A stretch of 63,526 bases of DNA, the filler included, from Stramenopiles sp. TOSAG23-3 (lineage: Eukaryota): assembly GCA_900128585.1 (NCBI GenBank). It is 12 parts of 12 records of this genome, joined end to end, with 100 filler letters (N's around TTAATTAATTAA, not from the genome) between each part and the next. Parts side by side here need not be neighbours in the genome. Positions count along the whole stretch, not along the records: positions 1 to 5,243 come from LT643574.1; positions 5,344 to 10,576 come from LT643575.1; positions 10,677 to 15,889 come from LT643577.1; 9 more parts are not named here. The stretch is one strand, 5' to 3'. Every line of letters begins with the position of its first letter. Within the stretch, counting starts at the first letter, position 1. This document shows, in pieces, positions 1 through 12,280 of the stretch. Both the position numbers and the translations under genes were made by a program. The notes under the pieces were generated by a model that saw nothing but the letters and a program-made list of their open reading frames with translations, was not told the origin of the DNA and made no database searches.

Positions 1-2
1 CC

Positions 3-3000
3 ACGGTGTCTGAACAGGCACCACCGCCATCGCCAACCGCGACGTCCACATCGGCATCAACGCCAACCACGGGGGCTGCGCCGCCAATACCAACCGCGAC
101 TTCTGCACTTGCATCAGTGCCCACGACGTCTGCTGCACCGGCACAACCGCTTACCACGATGTCAGCACCGGCATCAACGCCAAGCATGATGTCCGCACTG
201 GTAACACCCACGGTGAAGTCCCAAAGAGTCGAGTGGAATGGCATGGTGCCCTCCCAAAAGCCATGGGCAGCTGCAGCTGCTGCTACTAGCGGCATCGACC
301 GCGCATCACCTGGTGTCATCCATGGATCAGGTACTCCAACTACGGTTACAAGCTCACCGTATGATCGATTGGAGACGGGTCGACCCAAACCCAAGCACAA
401 CAGGCTCGACTGGAGCAACTCTCCAACGCCGGCGGAGAGCTTTGAGACGCACATCCTGAATTTCTCGTCTCCTCCTTCATCCCCCTGGATCAGTGTTCCA
501 GGTAGGGCGGGCAAAAGGACATACGCCGATGCTGTGTCCTGCAATTTGCCGAAGGAACATGGACACAACAAAGGAAATGTTAAAGAGGAAGGAAGAGGTT
601 TCCTCAACAAGCAAAAAAAGAGGGCAACGCCTCCGAAGAACACGGGGAACCGGTTCGCTGTTTTCCAGGAGGATCACAACCCTCCTCGTCATCCGGTGGT
701 TCCAAAAAGCGCACCTACGTCCCCCACCCGTCGAAAGAAAAGAAAGTACAAGCACAACCGTCGTCGTGCGTGCGTTCCAAAAAACGCTAAAGCTCCTACC
801 CGTGAAAAGAAAAACACGGTCGCTCGCAAACTTGTTGCTCGTAAACAACATGTGAAGCGAAAAGGAAAGTGGAGGCACTCGCCTCGAAAGAATACGAGGG
901 GGGGGGGGGGGGGAAAACACCAGCCGCATCAGCCGAAGCTGCGTCAGCCGAAGTCGCACTAGCCGAAGCCGCGGAAGATGATTTTAACGTTGTTGTCGAT
1001 GAGGAAAAATTGAATGTACTGGACGGTTTAAACCCGTCAGGTTATTTGCCCCTTTCGACGTGGATAAATAAGCATGCATTACAGAAAAGTGCGCGTGCAT
1101 TTTATGATTACATCACTAATCGTAGACCAAAATGGGATGACAAGCAGGCCCGTAAAGTCTTTGAACCCCCGGAGGCAACTAAAGAACTTGCTAGTGACTC
1201 CTTTACTTCCAGTACAGGACAGATGGCGAACCAGACTAAGCTCAAGCTCCCTAGAGAAAATAATGTGTGGGACAAAGCTACACTATGGTGTGTACTTCAG
1301 TTACGAAACCCGTCAGGGGAACGAAGAAGTTCTGGGTCGTCCAGAAAGTTACAGGAAGAAGAAACTCAGCCTAAAAACATGGGAAAGTTTCTCGTCGCTT
1401 CTGGTCTCTGCCATCAAATGTCAAAACAGAAAAGGGCAGCGATGCAAAATCAAAATGCAGCAAGTATACAAGAGATGGAGGAACTCGCTGACAGATTTGC
1501 AGACGTCCCGTTTTATAAGATATCTGTTAAAACGTTAAATGGGAAAGAAATTTTGATAGAGATTAGCCCAGAGTGGACTGTCTTGGAAATCAAAGAAAAG
1601 CTTTCTGCTGTGACGAAGTTCCAGCCTTCAGAGCAGGCACTGGTATTGGGTGGGAAAATATTGGCAGATACCGAAACAAACATACCGTTCGGCACCGAAC
1701 TTCGACTGATTGCTCGTATTCTGGGAGGGGGGAAAATTATGAAAGTTTTCAAATCGGCTTACAAGAAAGTGAAAAAAAAAATTCACGAAGCTACTGCAGA
1801 GCCAGCTGTGGCAGAGCCAAATATTGCTGAGCCGCCCAATGTGGAACCTGTCTTCGTTGATTGTGTTGTAATAGACCAGAAAAAAGAAGAGGATAGGAAG
1901 CTTACGCCTGTGGAAATGGAATTGAGGCGAAAGAAAGAAGAAGAAGCAATTACACAAGTAAAAGAAGGCGAGTTTGAGGCGCGAGAAGCCGAACAGAAGC
2001 GCAAAGATCGTGAGGCTGAACGGAGGCGCAAAGAGCACGAAGCGAAACGGAGGCGCATGGAGGAAGAAGAAAGGAGACACAAAGAGGAACTAAAAGAGGA
2101 TATTTGTAAACAAGTCCTTGAAGAAAGAAAGCGGGAAGTAGAAGCGGAACGAAGGCGGAAAACGGAGGAAAAAATGGCAAAGCGAAGAGTGGAAGCCGCG
2201 GAAAGGAAACGAATCGAAGTTTCAAATACGTGGTTACAAATGCTCGAGCGGTATTCTGGTGAATCCAAAGACATTCTTAGTGCAAGTGATGCTGAATCAC
2301 ACTTTGATTTCAACTTTTTGGAATGGGACGAAGAACTTTGCAAACAACTGAGCACCACCGGCAAGTCAGCGAATGAAACTGTTTGCACATCAAGTGCCTT
2401 GAAGAAAATCAAACTTGCGCTTAAAAAAATAATTCCACTGACCATCTCTTCTATCGAAAATGATACATTGATCGTTTTGTCCGGGGAAAGTGGTTCAGGA
2501 AAAACGTTCTTGTGCAATAGTTTAATTTTGGACAATCTGGCAGGTTCCGCGTACGAGAGGTGCGTGTTACCTTCTGGACCACGATCAACTTCGGCCCGAA
2601 CGGTGAATATTTCCTTCAAGGAAGATTTGCGTCGTCCAGGTGCCCATGTTCGTATTGACGGTATTGTCCCGACCGACGAGGACGAGTTTTTCAAAATATT
2701 AGCTGACAAGGGAGTCACCAATGCTCAGCTTTCGAGAAGGGACAAGGTGAACCATTCTCTACCGCCCGTTAGTTTTGTGATTGTAAATCCACGAAACAAA
2801 ATTCTCATCGACAGCGCGGCAGTTAACGATGTCATTGGGAGCATGAATGGTGTGCAAAAAATATGTAAAAAGCACCAACAAGATCTCATGCGGAGACTTA
2901 AGTTTCCCCGGGGAAATGACGATTTAGATTTTGGAGGAAATGCCTACCTTGTATTTTCTTCAAAGGCTCGACATTGTCCGGATGTTTTAGCTACGGCATC

Positions 3001-5243
3001 CGAAGAGCCACGAGAAGAGCACCATGTCGAAAGGACTCTGGTAATTACCAATGGCCTCGAACAAGCCACCCCAGATGACGAAAGGAATTATTTGGGCCAT
3101 TATGCCCGTCAAAAACTCCGAAAAGATTCTGGGGCTTCAAAGATATTAGTTGTGAGTAAAAGCGATTGCAGTGCATTCCTCAATTCTATTAATGGGATTG
3201 CTAAAAACACCCGTTTGAAGATCATCAAAGCCTTTCAACTCACCATGGACAAGTTGGAAGGTTCAAAAGCCCCTCCAGCCTTGACAAATCTCCGCAGCAA
3301 TTGTGGTTTGCTGGACGTGTGTCGAAAAGTGACTTTGTGCGCTACCGGAAAAGTGGTGGGTAATGTGGTTCGTGAATCAGATAAAGACCTAATTTCCCCA
3401 TACTATGAGGACCAGCAGTATGCTATGGATTTCCACTTTTTAACAGTTAAAATCACAGACATAGCAGCAGAACAGTTCGACATTCCCAAAATGGTAGATA
3501 TAGAAATTAAGGGGACACAATATTATTGCTGCAGCCCAATACAGAGGATGGATAGGGTCGTAGAAAATTTGATCAAGAAAAAATCTACCTTGACCGCTGC
3601 TATTCTTGCAACTCACTGCGTTGTGCCACAAGTATTGCATTGCATTGACCTGTTAAAGCGGCATTTAACGTCCTATGAATCTGCATTTGGTGGCGGCCCC
3701 CCTTCGCCAGTAAAAGAAGAAGAGGTTGAAATAATTGTTAAGATTTTCAAAGAAGAAGCCAAAACGAGAATCGAATCGATGAAAATTGATTTTGCAGAAC
3801 ATTTGTTTGAGATTCAGAAGGTTGAAAAAGATAAAAACAAGTTAGTGATAGACCGCTGTATTACAAGCCGAAGAGACCACCGTCAGTTGAAAGGAATCTG
3901 CGAAACCCTATTCAAGTCCACGAACGAAAGTTATCTTGAACAATGCAAAGCGGCAGTCCCCCAAGCATTGAAAGACACGATGGCAAGCATTGCACATAGG
4001 ACGAAGGTAACGGCAATGTCACTAGCACAAAACAGCAAAACTGCATCTAGCAAGGACTCTGTGGGAATGAGGGTTTTGCATGAAATGAGAAAGCTTGAAG
4101 ATCTTGCAAAAAATAGCGCTGCTGCATTTGTGTACAGCTCAGGAGCAACCAGTGTTTCAACAGATCAATTTCGCCAAGACTGTGGACGTCCAGTGTCCCC
4201 GTGCACAAAGAGTGATGGACTACCTCAAATTCAAATTCGAGCTCAATCAAAACCCGCCATAAATGACCATTCGAACAAACTGGGATGCGTCGATAGATTA
4301 TCGTACGATCAAAAAAAAGATCTTCATGACGTTGTGTGTGAATTGGAAAAAAGTTCGGCTGGTGACCACAGCAAAGTTCTTCTAGAGATAAAGGCAAAGT
4401 ACAATTTGAACGAGTTAGGGGAAGCGCAACAACTCTATTCCTGGGCTTTTCAAAATCCTCTTTGGGCTGTTGTTGAGTTTCATATACTTGGTCACCTCCA
4501 GATGTGTTCTCAATACAATCCTGATCGAACAAGAATCAGCGACGTGTGCAACAAATTGGGAAAATTATATCCTGAGTCTGTTGAGCTAATGAAATACGGA
4601 GTTGCAATGAGAACTCTCGGTGCCGACGTAAAATTTTTGTCTCCCACAAACGACTGTTTCCTTTCACAGTACAGTGTTCCGCGAAACCTTAAGTATATAT
4701 TTGATATACCTGGTAACGGGTTGATTGGGGGATGCACCGGTACCAAAACAGAGTGCAATGACGGTGATGAACAAATGCCTCGTGTAGAGAGAAAGAAGGC
4801 GATAGTTAAGAGACGACCGTATATGCGAAAGCTTGAACCCCGACCTCACCTGGGTGCGGTCGAAGAAAAAGTTGGGGAAGCCCTCAGCTCTGAAGAACAG
4901 ACAAAAGTTAAAGCAGGAGATGAGCGAGACAATGTTCAAGAAGTAGAAGGGGAAGACGAAGGTTTTTGTTTTGTTGCAAACGAAGGGCCCTTTGAAAAAG
5001 CACTTGGTGGTGGCAAGGCACTTGAAAATAATTTGGGCAGCAAAATAACACATGCTCAATGGACTGTCGACCCAATTACTGTAGACATGTACTACTCTAC
5101 AGACACTGATGATGAAACGTCTGTTGAAAGCGAAATCTCCAGGAACAACTCTGGAGTTCCGGGTGACATTGGAGAAAAAAATTGTCCTCCAGTTGCAAGT
5201 GCAGATAGCAACAGCACAGGTCATGCGAGTAATCATGACCAAC
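3..5243 (+). CDS. Large multidomain protein, partial at both ends: Pro/Thr/Ala repeats, basic region, ubiquitin-like domain, coiled coil, degenerate dynamin-like P-loop GTPase; frameshift at G16 (898-913)
   Basis: ORFs 6..962 and 869..5299 join at the G run. Ubl ...YKISVKTLNGKEILIEISPEWTVLEIKEKL...LRLIARILGG at 1514-1729. E/K/R-rich coiled coil at ~1900-2220. Walker A GESGSGKT(FLCNSLI) at 2483-2506, then LPSGPRSTSA (dynamin/RSG-like G2 context) and LIDSAA in place of DxxG. Confidence 0.7.
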
Positions 5244-5343
5244 NNNNNNNNNNNNNNNNNNNNNNNNNNNNNNNNNNNNNNNNNNNNTTAATTAATTAAN
5301 NNNNNNNNNNNNNNNNNNNNNNNNNNNNNNNNNNNNNNNNNNN
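5244..5343. other. Artificial contig linker (N44-TTAATTAATTAA-N44); 11 copies in the window
   Basis: Identical 100-nt spacer with a stop cassette in all frames at 5244-5343, 10577-10676, 15890-15989, 21197-21296, 26503-26602, 31800-31899, 37094-37193, 42385-42484, 47672-47771, 52958-53057 and 58243-58342. Contig lengths decrease monotonically. Confidence 0.99.
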
Positions 5344-5345
5344 AT

Positions 5346-8300
5346 GAGTACCGTACGGCCAAAAAAACAATAACTAGCATCAGCTGCAGTGCAGACCACA
5401 AGTATATGGCCATTTGTGGCTTAGATCAAATGGTTACAGTTCACGATTTAGGCTACAAGAGTAACTCAACATCGCTACTAAACATAGGAAGTACAGCAGG
5501 GGGGAGGTATAGCAAAAAGCGCGCTGGTATCTTCAGAAGTTTCCGCCACTCTGCAAAATTAAACGTAGTTGTTTTTAACCGAATTCAAAAACACTGTATT
5601 GATAATTGGGATTCAAAGAGCGACTCGGAAAAGTGGACCTCGACACTTCTTGCGACAGGCGGTGAGGATAAATGCATCAGTATATATGATATCGCCAGCG
5701 GCGGCCTGATTCAAAAGTTTCACTTTGCAGCAACAGTCACAAACATTGCATTTTCTCACGACTCTTCATATATTGTAGGAGCCGCTGACGGATCCAGGGT
5801 GAAAGTATTCTATTTACCATTTCAATCGCGGTTTTACAAGCGTCTGTTCCAGAAACAGCTCCAAAATCAGCAAGTGCATAGATTGAGAAATTTCACCAAA
5901 CGAAATAGGCAAAGAACACGTTCTTTCAACACCGATGATGAAAGAGGGGCTATGGTCACTGAATATCGAAGAGAGATTTTACAGCTTGACGTATTAGAAA
6001 ACCTTAACGAAGAAGAGGAAGACGACGACGATGATGAATCCAGAAAAGTAAAATGCACCGAGGCAACTGCTATTTTGTATGAAAAATACGACCCTTTAAG
6101 CACAAAAAATCCCCTTCGCGTGCGCATCAGCACAAAGAACCTGTCAGACAAAAAAGGCGGAGGCAATTTAAGTTTCCCTTACGGTTGCACTATTCAAATT
6201 GGTTCCGCTGACAAAAATAATGGTGCCATGGAAAAGGTTGATATTTACCGAGAGTTAAATAAACAAAAAAGTTACACTAGGGCGGCAACACGGTACTTAG
6301 AGTTGAAAAAGAAACTCTCGAACAAGTACGAAAAAGGTACGCCAGTAAAAGTTGTGGATAAAAACAAAAAAATTGCCTTGCCAATAAGTGCTTTGTCAAT
6401 ATCGCACAATTCTCGCTACTTGGCTATTATGGGCGATCAACTTCCCACAGAACTCTATTACTTGTATGGAGACCAAAAACAAAGTGCTCTAGGGAAAACG
6501 CAGTTGAGTAATTCCACATATGCATCATGCGGGATGTTTTCCGCAGACGGGAAATACTTTGCTGTAGGAATTAACACCACGGATGAAAATTACATTTGCG
6601 TTTACGAAATAGACAGGGATGAAATGGACAAGGGCGATGAGGATTGTCTCAATAAAAATAGGGAAACGAAGCTTGTGCTCAGATATAAACCTTTGTCGAA
6701 TAGCCGTATAAACGATCTTTGCTTTTCTGACGATTCGTTGTTTTTAGCGATTGGAAGTGGAGAAGAAAACGGTGACGACGAGGATAGCGGTGTTGGGCAT
6801 CTCACGGTGATCAACGTCGACAGTTCGATTGAGCTAAACAAGGCAAGCCTGAAGCCTGGAAAAGAGACTGAAGGTAGTAATCAAAAAGGCTCAAAAGCTT
6901 TTGTTGTAGTGATGCTTCATATTCCCTATGGTCCAATCACAAACATAGAGTTTTTGCCCCCCCCTTCAGATTGAAGACTTAGATTACGTCGTCATTGGCA
7001 CCACAATGCAGGACAAAGTGTTTGTTCATAACTTGGCGAAGTACTGCAAAAGTGACCAACAAAACTCTGCGGCAATAACTAAAAAAGAAATAGAGCTAGA
7101 CTCTAGCACTAATATTTCATGTATGCATGTTTGTGCAAGAAAACACGAAGCACTGATAGCACTAGGAGGAACTGATGGTCTTTTAAGTGTGTTCGAGGTG
7201 AACCAGAACTTGAAGCTCTCTCCTCTAATTGAAAATGTTGAAATGCCAGTATCACTTGATGGCATTAGCTCCATTGATGAGATAAAATCTTTGGTGTTTA
7301 GCCACGACGCCAGCCTAATAGCAGTTGGAGGAAAAGGCAGAGACGGCACAGTATTGGTGTACTCAATTGGCGCAGATAATCTTTTTCTTGTTCACGAATT
7401 TTCAAAATCAGGGGTTGGTGAAATAAATTCCATTGTTTTTTCGGACGATAGCAAGTTTTTAGCCATAGGTGGCACAAAGGGGATTGCCAGGGTGTATTTT
7501 CCAGAACTATCCTTGCCAAGCGAAACCCCTCTCAAGTGTATTCATGGACTGTCAGAAATCAAATCTCACTTATTATACAAACCAAACGAAAAGGGAAACA
7601 CCTACTTGCATCGTGTTGCATTTGAGGGACAAACCAAAGATGTCCAAAATATTGCTAACAGTATTGTCATGGTGAAAAACATAAAAAATGCGACACCGCT
7701 AGACCGTGCTATTGCTTCAAAAAGTCAGGAAAAATGTAAAATTCTTATTGAAAAAATATTCACAAAAGCAAACAAGAAAGAGCCAGAAAATTTTGTTAAT
7801 TTAAATTTCACGATCAAAGCACTGATCAAACAAAATTATAGCGAGGCGGTTACTTTACTGTTTGAGCATGCAATATTTGAGACAGATACAGCAGAAACTG
7901 CTCGAATGAAGTGTAAGCGTACAAAATTCAAAACACATTACTTTGCGACTCCAGAAGAGAAGATTTTTAAAGACAAGCGCAAGGATAATACGAAGCAGAT
8001 AAATGGAGAGTATGTCTTCCGAAAAAATGTTGTGGAGGTAAAAACATACGCTGTCGGAGTGCCCAACTTGTTACAAAAACAAATTATTATGTATATCTTC
8101 GAAAACATCAACTTGACAGCTTTTCGCACAAAATCGCTCCAATATATCGTTGATTACTATTGGCAAAAGCTGTTTGTCTGGTATAAAGTTCGCTGTGGTT
8201 ACTATGTGATAATGTCAAGCTTTTTTACGGCTGGGAACTTTTTGAAGCTCTACCCCAAACCAGAGCGCAACTTTGCAAACCCACTGATCGGCTTCGCTGC

Positions 8301-9243
8301 TTTCATGATGTTTCTTTTCTGCCTTTATGAATCCTTTCGTGTTATAAAGAAAGGGTTGAAACACTTGAACAATGGTTGGAAGGCTGTCGAAATCACAACA
8401 TATGTTGTTGGTTTGTCCTCGGCATTTGTAACTTGGGAAGAAGCAGAGCACCAGAACATCATTAATGCCGTTGCCGTCGTTATTGTATGGATTGGAGGTT
8501 TGTCCCACATACGCGGATTCAAAACGTTTAGTGTTCTCATAAAGACTTTTACGCAGATTCTTTATGATACTAGGGCATTTATTGCCATGGTGCTTATTTT
8601 TTTGGGAGGCTTCGCAATGGCTTTTAAAATTTTGCTCCCGGGAGCAAAAGAATTTCAAGGCGTCTCGACATTTTTGACGGTGTTTATAATGATGGTGGGG
8701 GGAAGCGATTTATCCCAGCTGGAAACAAACGATTTAGACAAATACCGCCTAACGGACTATCCCTGGCCTGTCCATAAAGAATACACAGATTTGTTTGCCC
8801 AAGGCTTTTTTGTCGCCTACACTTTTGTCGTAGTAATCATAATGGTCAACATGTTAATTGCCATAATGGGGGATTCTTATGAGCATGTGATGGAAAATAT
8901 TAAATTGGAAGGCATTCGGGCCCGCGCTCTAGTTTGTGCAGACTTGTTAATGGACACAAGAGCATCGAACAAAAAATATTTTCCAAGGTGGCTCCATGTC
9001 TGCACCCCGGATGGCCAAAAGGAAGAAACTGATTTATGGCAAGGTCGATTAAAAGCTGTAAAAGAGGAAGTGAAAAAGGCAAAATTCTCTATGGAAGAAA
9101 AAGTCGAGGCAGTAACATCAAAACTACAAGCCACGGAACAAAAACAGAAGCAAATGCACGAGACTTTGAAGAAAATAATGGCGTTATTACAAGAAAGTCA
9201 AAACAGAAGCAGTAAAAAAATGTCGTCTGATCAAAAAAAGTAA
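5346..9243 (+). CDS. WD40-repeat + ankyrin + 6TM TRP-like cation channel (5' partial; frameshift at C8 6957-6964)
   Basis: Many WD40 blades (LLATGGEDKCISIYD, IAFSHDSSYIVGA, LVFSHDASLIAVGG, IVFSDDSKFLAIGG). Ankyrin motifs GNTYLHRVA and ATPLDRAI. Six hydrophobic helices, pore FLTVFIMMVG, S6 motif VIIMVNMLIAIMGDSY and a C-terminal coiled coil. Removing one C joins ITNIEFLP to PLQIEDLDYVVIGTTMQDKVFVHN. Confidence 0.85.
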
Positions 9244-10062
9244 TGCTAAATGTTTAAAGCAGGGAAGAATTCTTTGAAACCGGGGTCATTTCGGTGCCAA
9301 ACCATTCGAATATTTGACCTATCAGTTAGATAGAATATAAATAAAAACTTAAAATATGATAAATAATATACATTTTCCTCCTCAATTGTTAAATGCATAA
9401 CCGTTTTTACAATTATATTGATTTACCCCCTCCTTGATGTGTTCCCCTATTGTACATTATTAATTAATATGATGTATTACACAGTAGTACCTAAATTATC
9501 ATATTATGATATCAAATATAACAACAACGTGGTATTATTAGTCTAATGGGACTACTCTATATAGGGAAATAAGCGAGCATTGCATTTTTATATATTTTTT
9601 ATTTTCTCTTCTCTCTCATATTATACACACCAATATACACTTCTTCTTACTCTCTCTTTTACATACTACTACTACTACTACTATTATTAATTAATTTTAG
9701 CAGAGATGATTACAGAATTGTTCTGCATTATGTAATGATATCAATTATTGCATTTCTGCTAGAAGTGAAACACCTAGTGCAAAATTCCAATCATAAGATG
9801 CTGATAACATTCTTTAGGTGCTCTCTTTCTTACTTTCATAATTGCTCTTGAATTGACACCTTCTTTTTCTTTGTATTTTAAATACATAAATCACCGCCAG
9901 TATTTTGTTTTTAAAACACCGATTTTTTTAACAAAAAAAGTTAGGCAATACATTCCTGAAACGAGTACTATTAATTATTTAAAATAAAAAACGTTTAAGA
10001 AAAATGTGTAAGAGGGGGCATATATTTTGTTTTTTTCAGATGTGTCCCCCGGTCCCCCGGCT

Positions 10063-10576
10063 CTAGCTCGGGAGGATAAGGCCGACCAACGTGCAGAGGA
10101 GGCCACAGATGCTCAAAACGATCGAGGAGAACCCACCTACGTCACCAAAAACGTCTGCGATCGAGCCGGGCCGGCTTGTACGAAACACTTGTGCAAATTG
10201 GCTCATCTTTATTCTCAAACTGGCTGACGTGTCCGCGTTCTTACCTTCGTAGAACAGGTCCTGGTTGAAGAGCTCGTATCGCGTCGGGGTGGATTCGTCC
10301 TCGTGTTCGCGCACGACAACCCCAATGTACACCGCCTTTCGCTGATGGGGTTCCAAATCCATTCGTATGTGCATCGGCCCCATCTCGTCTCGGTCGGAAA
10401 CTTTGATGTCAAACTTCATCACCGGCATGCACGAGGAGCCGTACTCGTTGCAGTTCGACGACGTCGTCGGGGTGAACGGGACCTTGATCAGGATCCCATC
10501 GTCAAGCTTGGGAGAGTACGCAAGGGGCACTTTGGTAAAGTTCTTGGGCGTCCATTTCTTTCCGACGTCGACCCGG
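10063..10576 (-). CDS. C-terminal fragment of a membrane protein, possibly ENaC/DEG-P2X-like two-TM channel fold
   Basis: The frame is open from the contig edge. A beta-rich segment is followed by SIADVFGDVGGFSSIVLSICGLL, which resembles the 'lls.iGG' pre-TM2/TM2 signature. Confidence 0.45.
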
Positions 10577-11207
10577 NNNNNNNNNNNNNNNNNNNNNNNN
10601 NNNNNNNNNNNNNNNNNNNNTTAATTAATTAANNNNNNNNNNNNNNNNNNNNNNNNNNNNNNNNNNNNNNNNNNNNGAAAGGAAAGGAAAGGAATTTTTT
10701 CTTTTTTTCTGAAATTTTGTTATTGATAACCGTTATTTTTGCCAAGCTAATTAATAGACTATAATAAAACAGTACTTGTAAAAATACCAACCTACTACGT
10801 ACGAACTACGGGTACCGTGTAGACTAGAGTACATTTAAGATTCAATAATATATGCAACAAACCAACACCACCACCAACAAAAAAGAAGAGGAAGAATATA
10901 GTATGTAGTATTTAGTAGTATATTAATAGTTTTTTTTTATTTTTTTCTTCTTCTTTCGCTTCTTCTTTTTATTTTTTTGTTTGTGCTTCTTCTTTTCTTG
11001 GTTGGATTATTATTATTCTTTATATTTTTGGCAGAAGAAGAAAAATGATGTGATTGAGAGAGATGAGATAGGTTCATAAACAACTATTAAAAAGGAATCG
11101 GTGCAATTGGTGAAAAAACTGATCAAAAGGCTGTATACCACGACTTATGCTGGTTACTCTTCAGCTCTGTTTCAATTTCTAGGCCGTAGTTCGTTCTCAA
11201 GTGTAGA

Positions 11208-12086
11208 ATGGGTGATATTGGCGGGGAGAAGGTTGCGGAAAGCGTGGGGTCTCTGGGTGAGAACAACGGCAGTGTGGTTCTGTCGGAGGGGCAAGAATCA
11301 AGCAAGTTAGACGAGGGCTCGAAGAGTTCAGTAGGTTCCATAACCGGGTCGAACCCGTCTGTTACGGCCCCACCAAAAGCAGGCACGGTAGAAGCCGGGG
11401 CCTCTGTCGACGACGACACATTGACCCTGGACAAAACGATTACTCGGTTCCGTTTTCAGTACGACAAGCTGCACCGATCGCTGGCGCGTAGCATGGAGAA
11501 TGAGCGAAAACTTGTACAGTCTACGAAAAACTTGCGCATGAAGCTGGTTGATAATTCAAAAAAAATAGAGTTAGCGTATAAGTGGAAAAGTGAGGATCAG
11601 AAAACTATTAAATTGTTGAGGCGAGAGTTGCAAAAGTCGTGGGAAGTTGCAGAGACGTACCGCCAAAAGGAACTCCGGGCGCAGGAGCTTATACAGCACC
11701 TGCAAGATGAAATTGCATCGTTGAGCGAGCATGCGCATACTACCTTGAGTAATGCAAACAACACCGTGGCCGTAGCCTCGGTTGTCTCCCGTGCAGAATC
11801 TTCCGGTAAAAGCGTGGAAAAGATGACGTTGGCCGCATCAAAGTTCTCCGGCTCCCAGAGGGGACGAGTCCCCTCCTTTGCCGATTGGAAACGGAATCAT
11901 TACAATCCAAACTCCTCGCTGGCTTCTAGCCGGCTAGGGGTCGTCACCCCTAACGCTGGTGATAGAAGGAAAGGAACGCTGCTAAATAGTGAAGGTGGCA
12001 GTCCATTTCGAAAAAATAGACCAAAGACAACCCCTATGAAAAGTCGGCCCCGTACTCCACTGGAGTATGCAACGCAACGATCATGA
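11208..12086 (+). CDS. Short CFAP58/CCDC146-family coiled-coil protein
   Basis: FQYDKLHRSLARSMENERKL...NSKKIELAYKWKSEDQKTIKLLRRELQKSW...KELRAQELIQHLQDEI follows the N-terminal coiled coil of CFAP58. The protein is only 292 aa with disordered ends. Confidence 0.7.
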   Translation: MGDIGGEKVAESVGSLGENNGSVVLSEGQESSKLDEGSKSSVGSITGSNPSVTAPPKAGTVEAGASVDDDTLTLDKTITRFRFQYDKLHRSLARSMENERKLVQSTKNLRMKLVDNSKKIELAYKWKSEDQKTIKLLRRELQKSWEVAETYRQKELRAQELIQHLQDEIASLSEHAHTTLSNANNTVAVASVVSRAESSGKSVEKMTLAASKFSGSQRGRVPSFADWKRNHYNPNSSLASSRLGVVTPNAGDRRKGTLLNSEGGSPFRKNRPKTTPMKSRPRTPLEYATQRS

Positions 12087-12280
12087 TAGGGTGGCATGTA
12101 AACGAAGTAAAATCTTACCCCAAGTTTATGAGAGCATTTTGTTTTTGGCAAAACTGACCGCGGGGTCGTTGGAAAAAGAGAAAATCGTTTATCTTAGTAT
12201 TGGGCAGCGCTGTAAAAAATATTCTTTTTATATTACTCTAAAAAAACACCTAGATGTGATGGAACTCAGTTTGTCTTTTT

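Noticed and set aside
5244..5343. Regularly spaced TTAATTAATTAA palindromes about every 5.3 kb
   Set aside because: These are artificial linkers inside N runs. Gene neighbourhoods across them, and ORFs ending in XXX-LIN, are meaningless.
6957..7006. Stop-codon reassignment or tiny introns explaining the split genes
   Set aside because: The breaks are frame changes at homopolymers, not in-frame stops. TAA, TAG and TGA all end genes normally, and a single-base indel restores each gene without invoking an intron.
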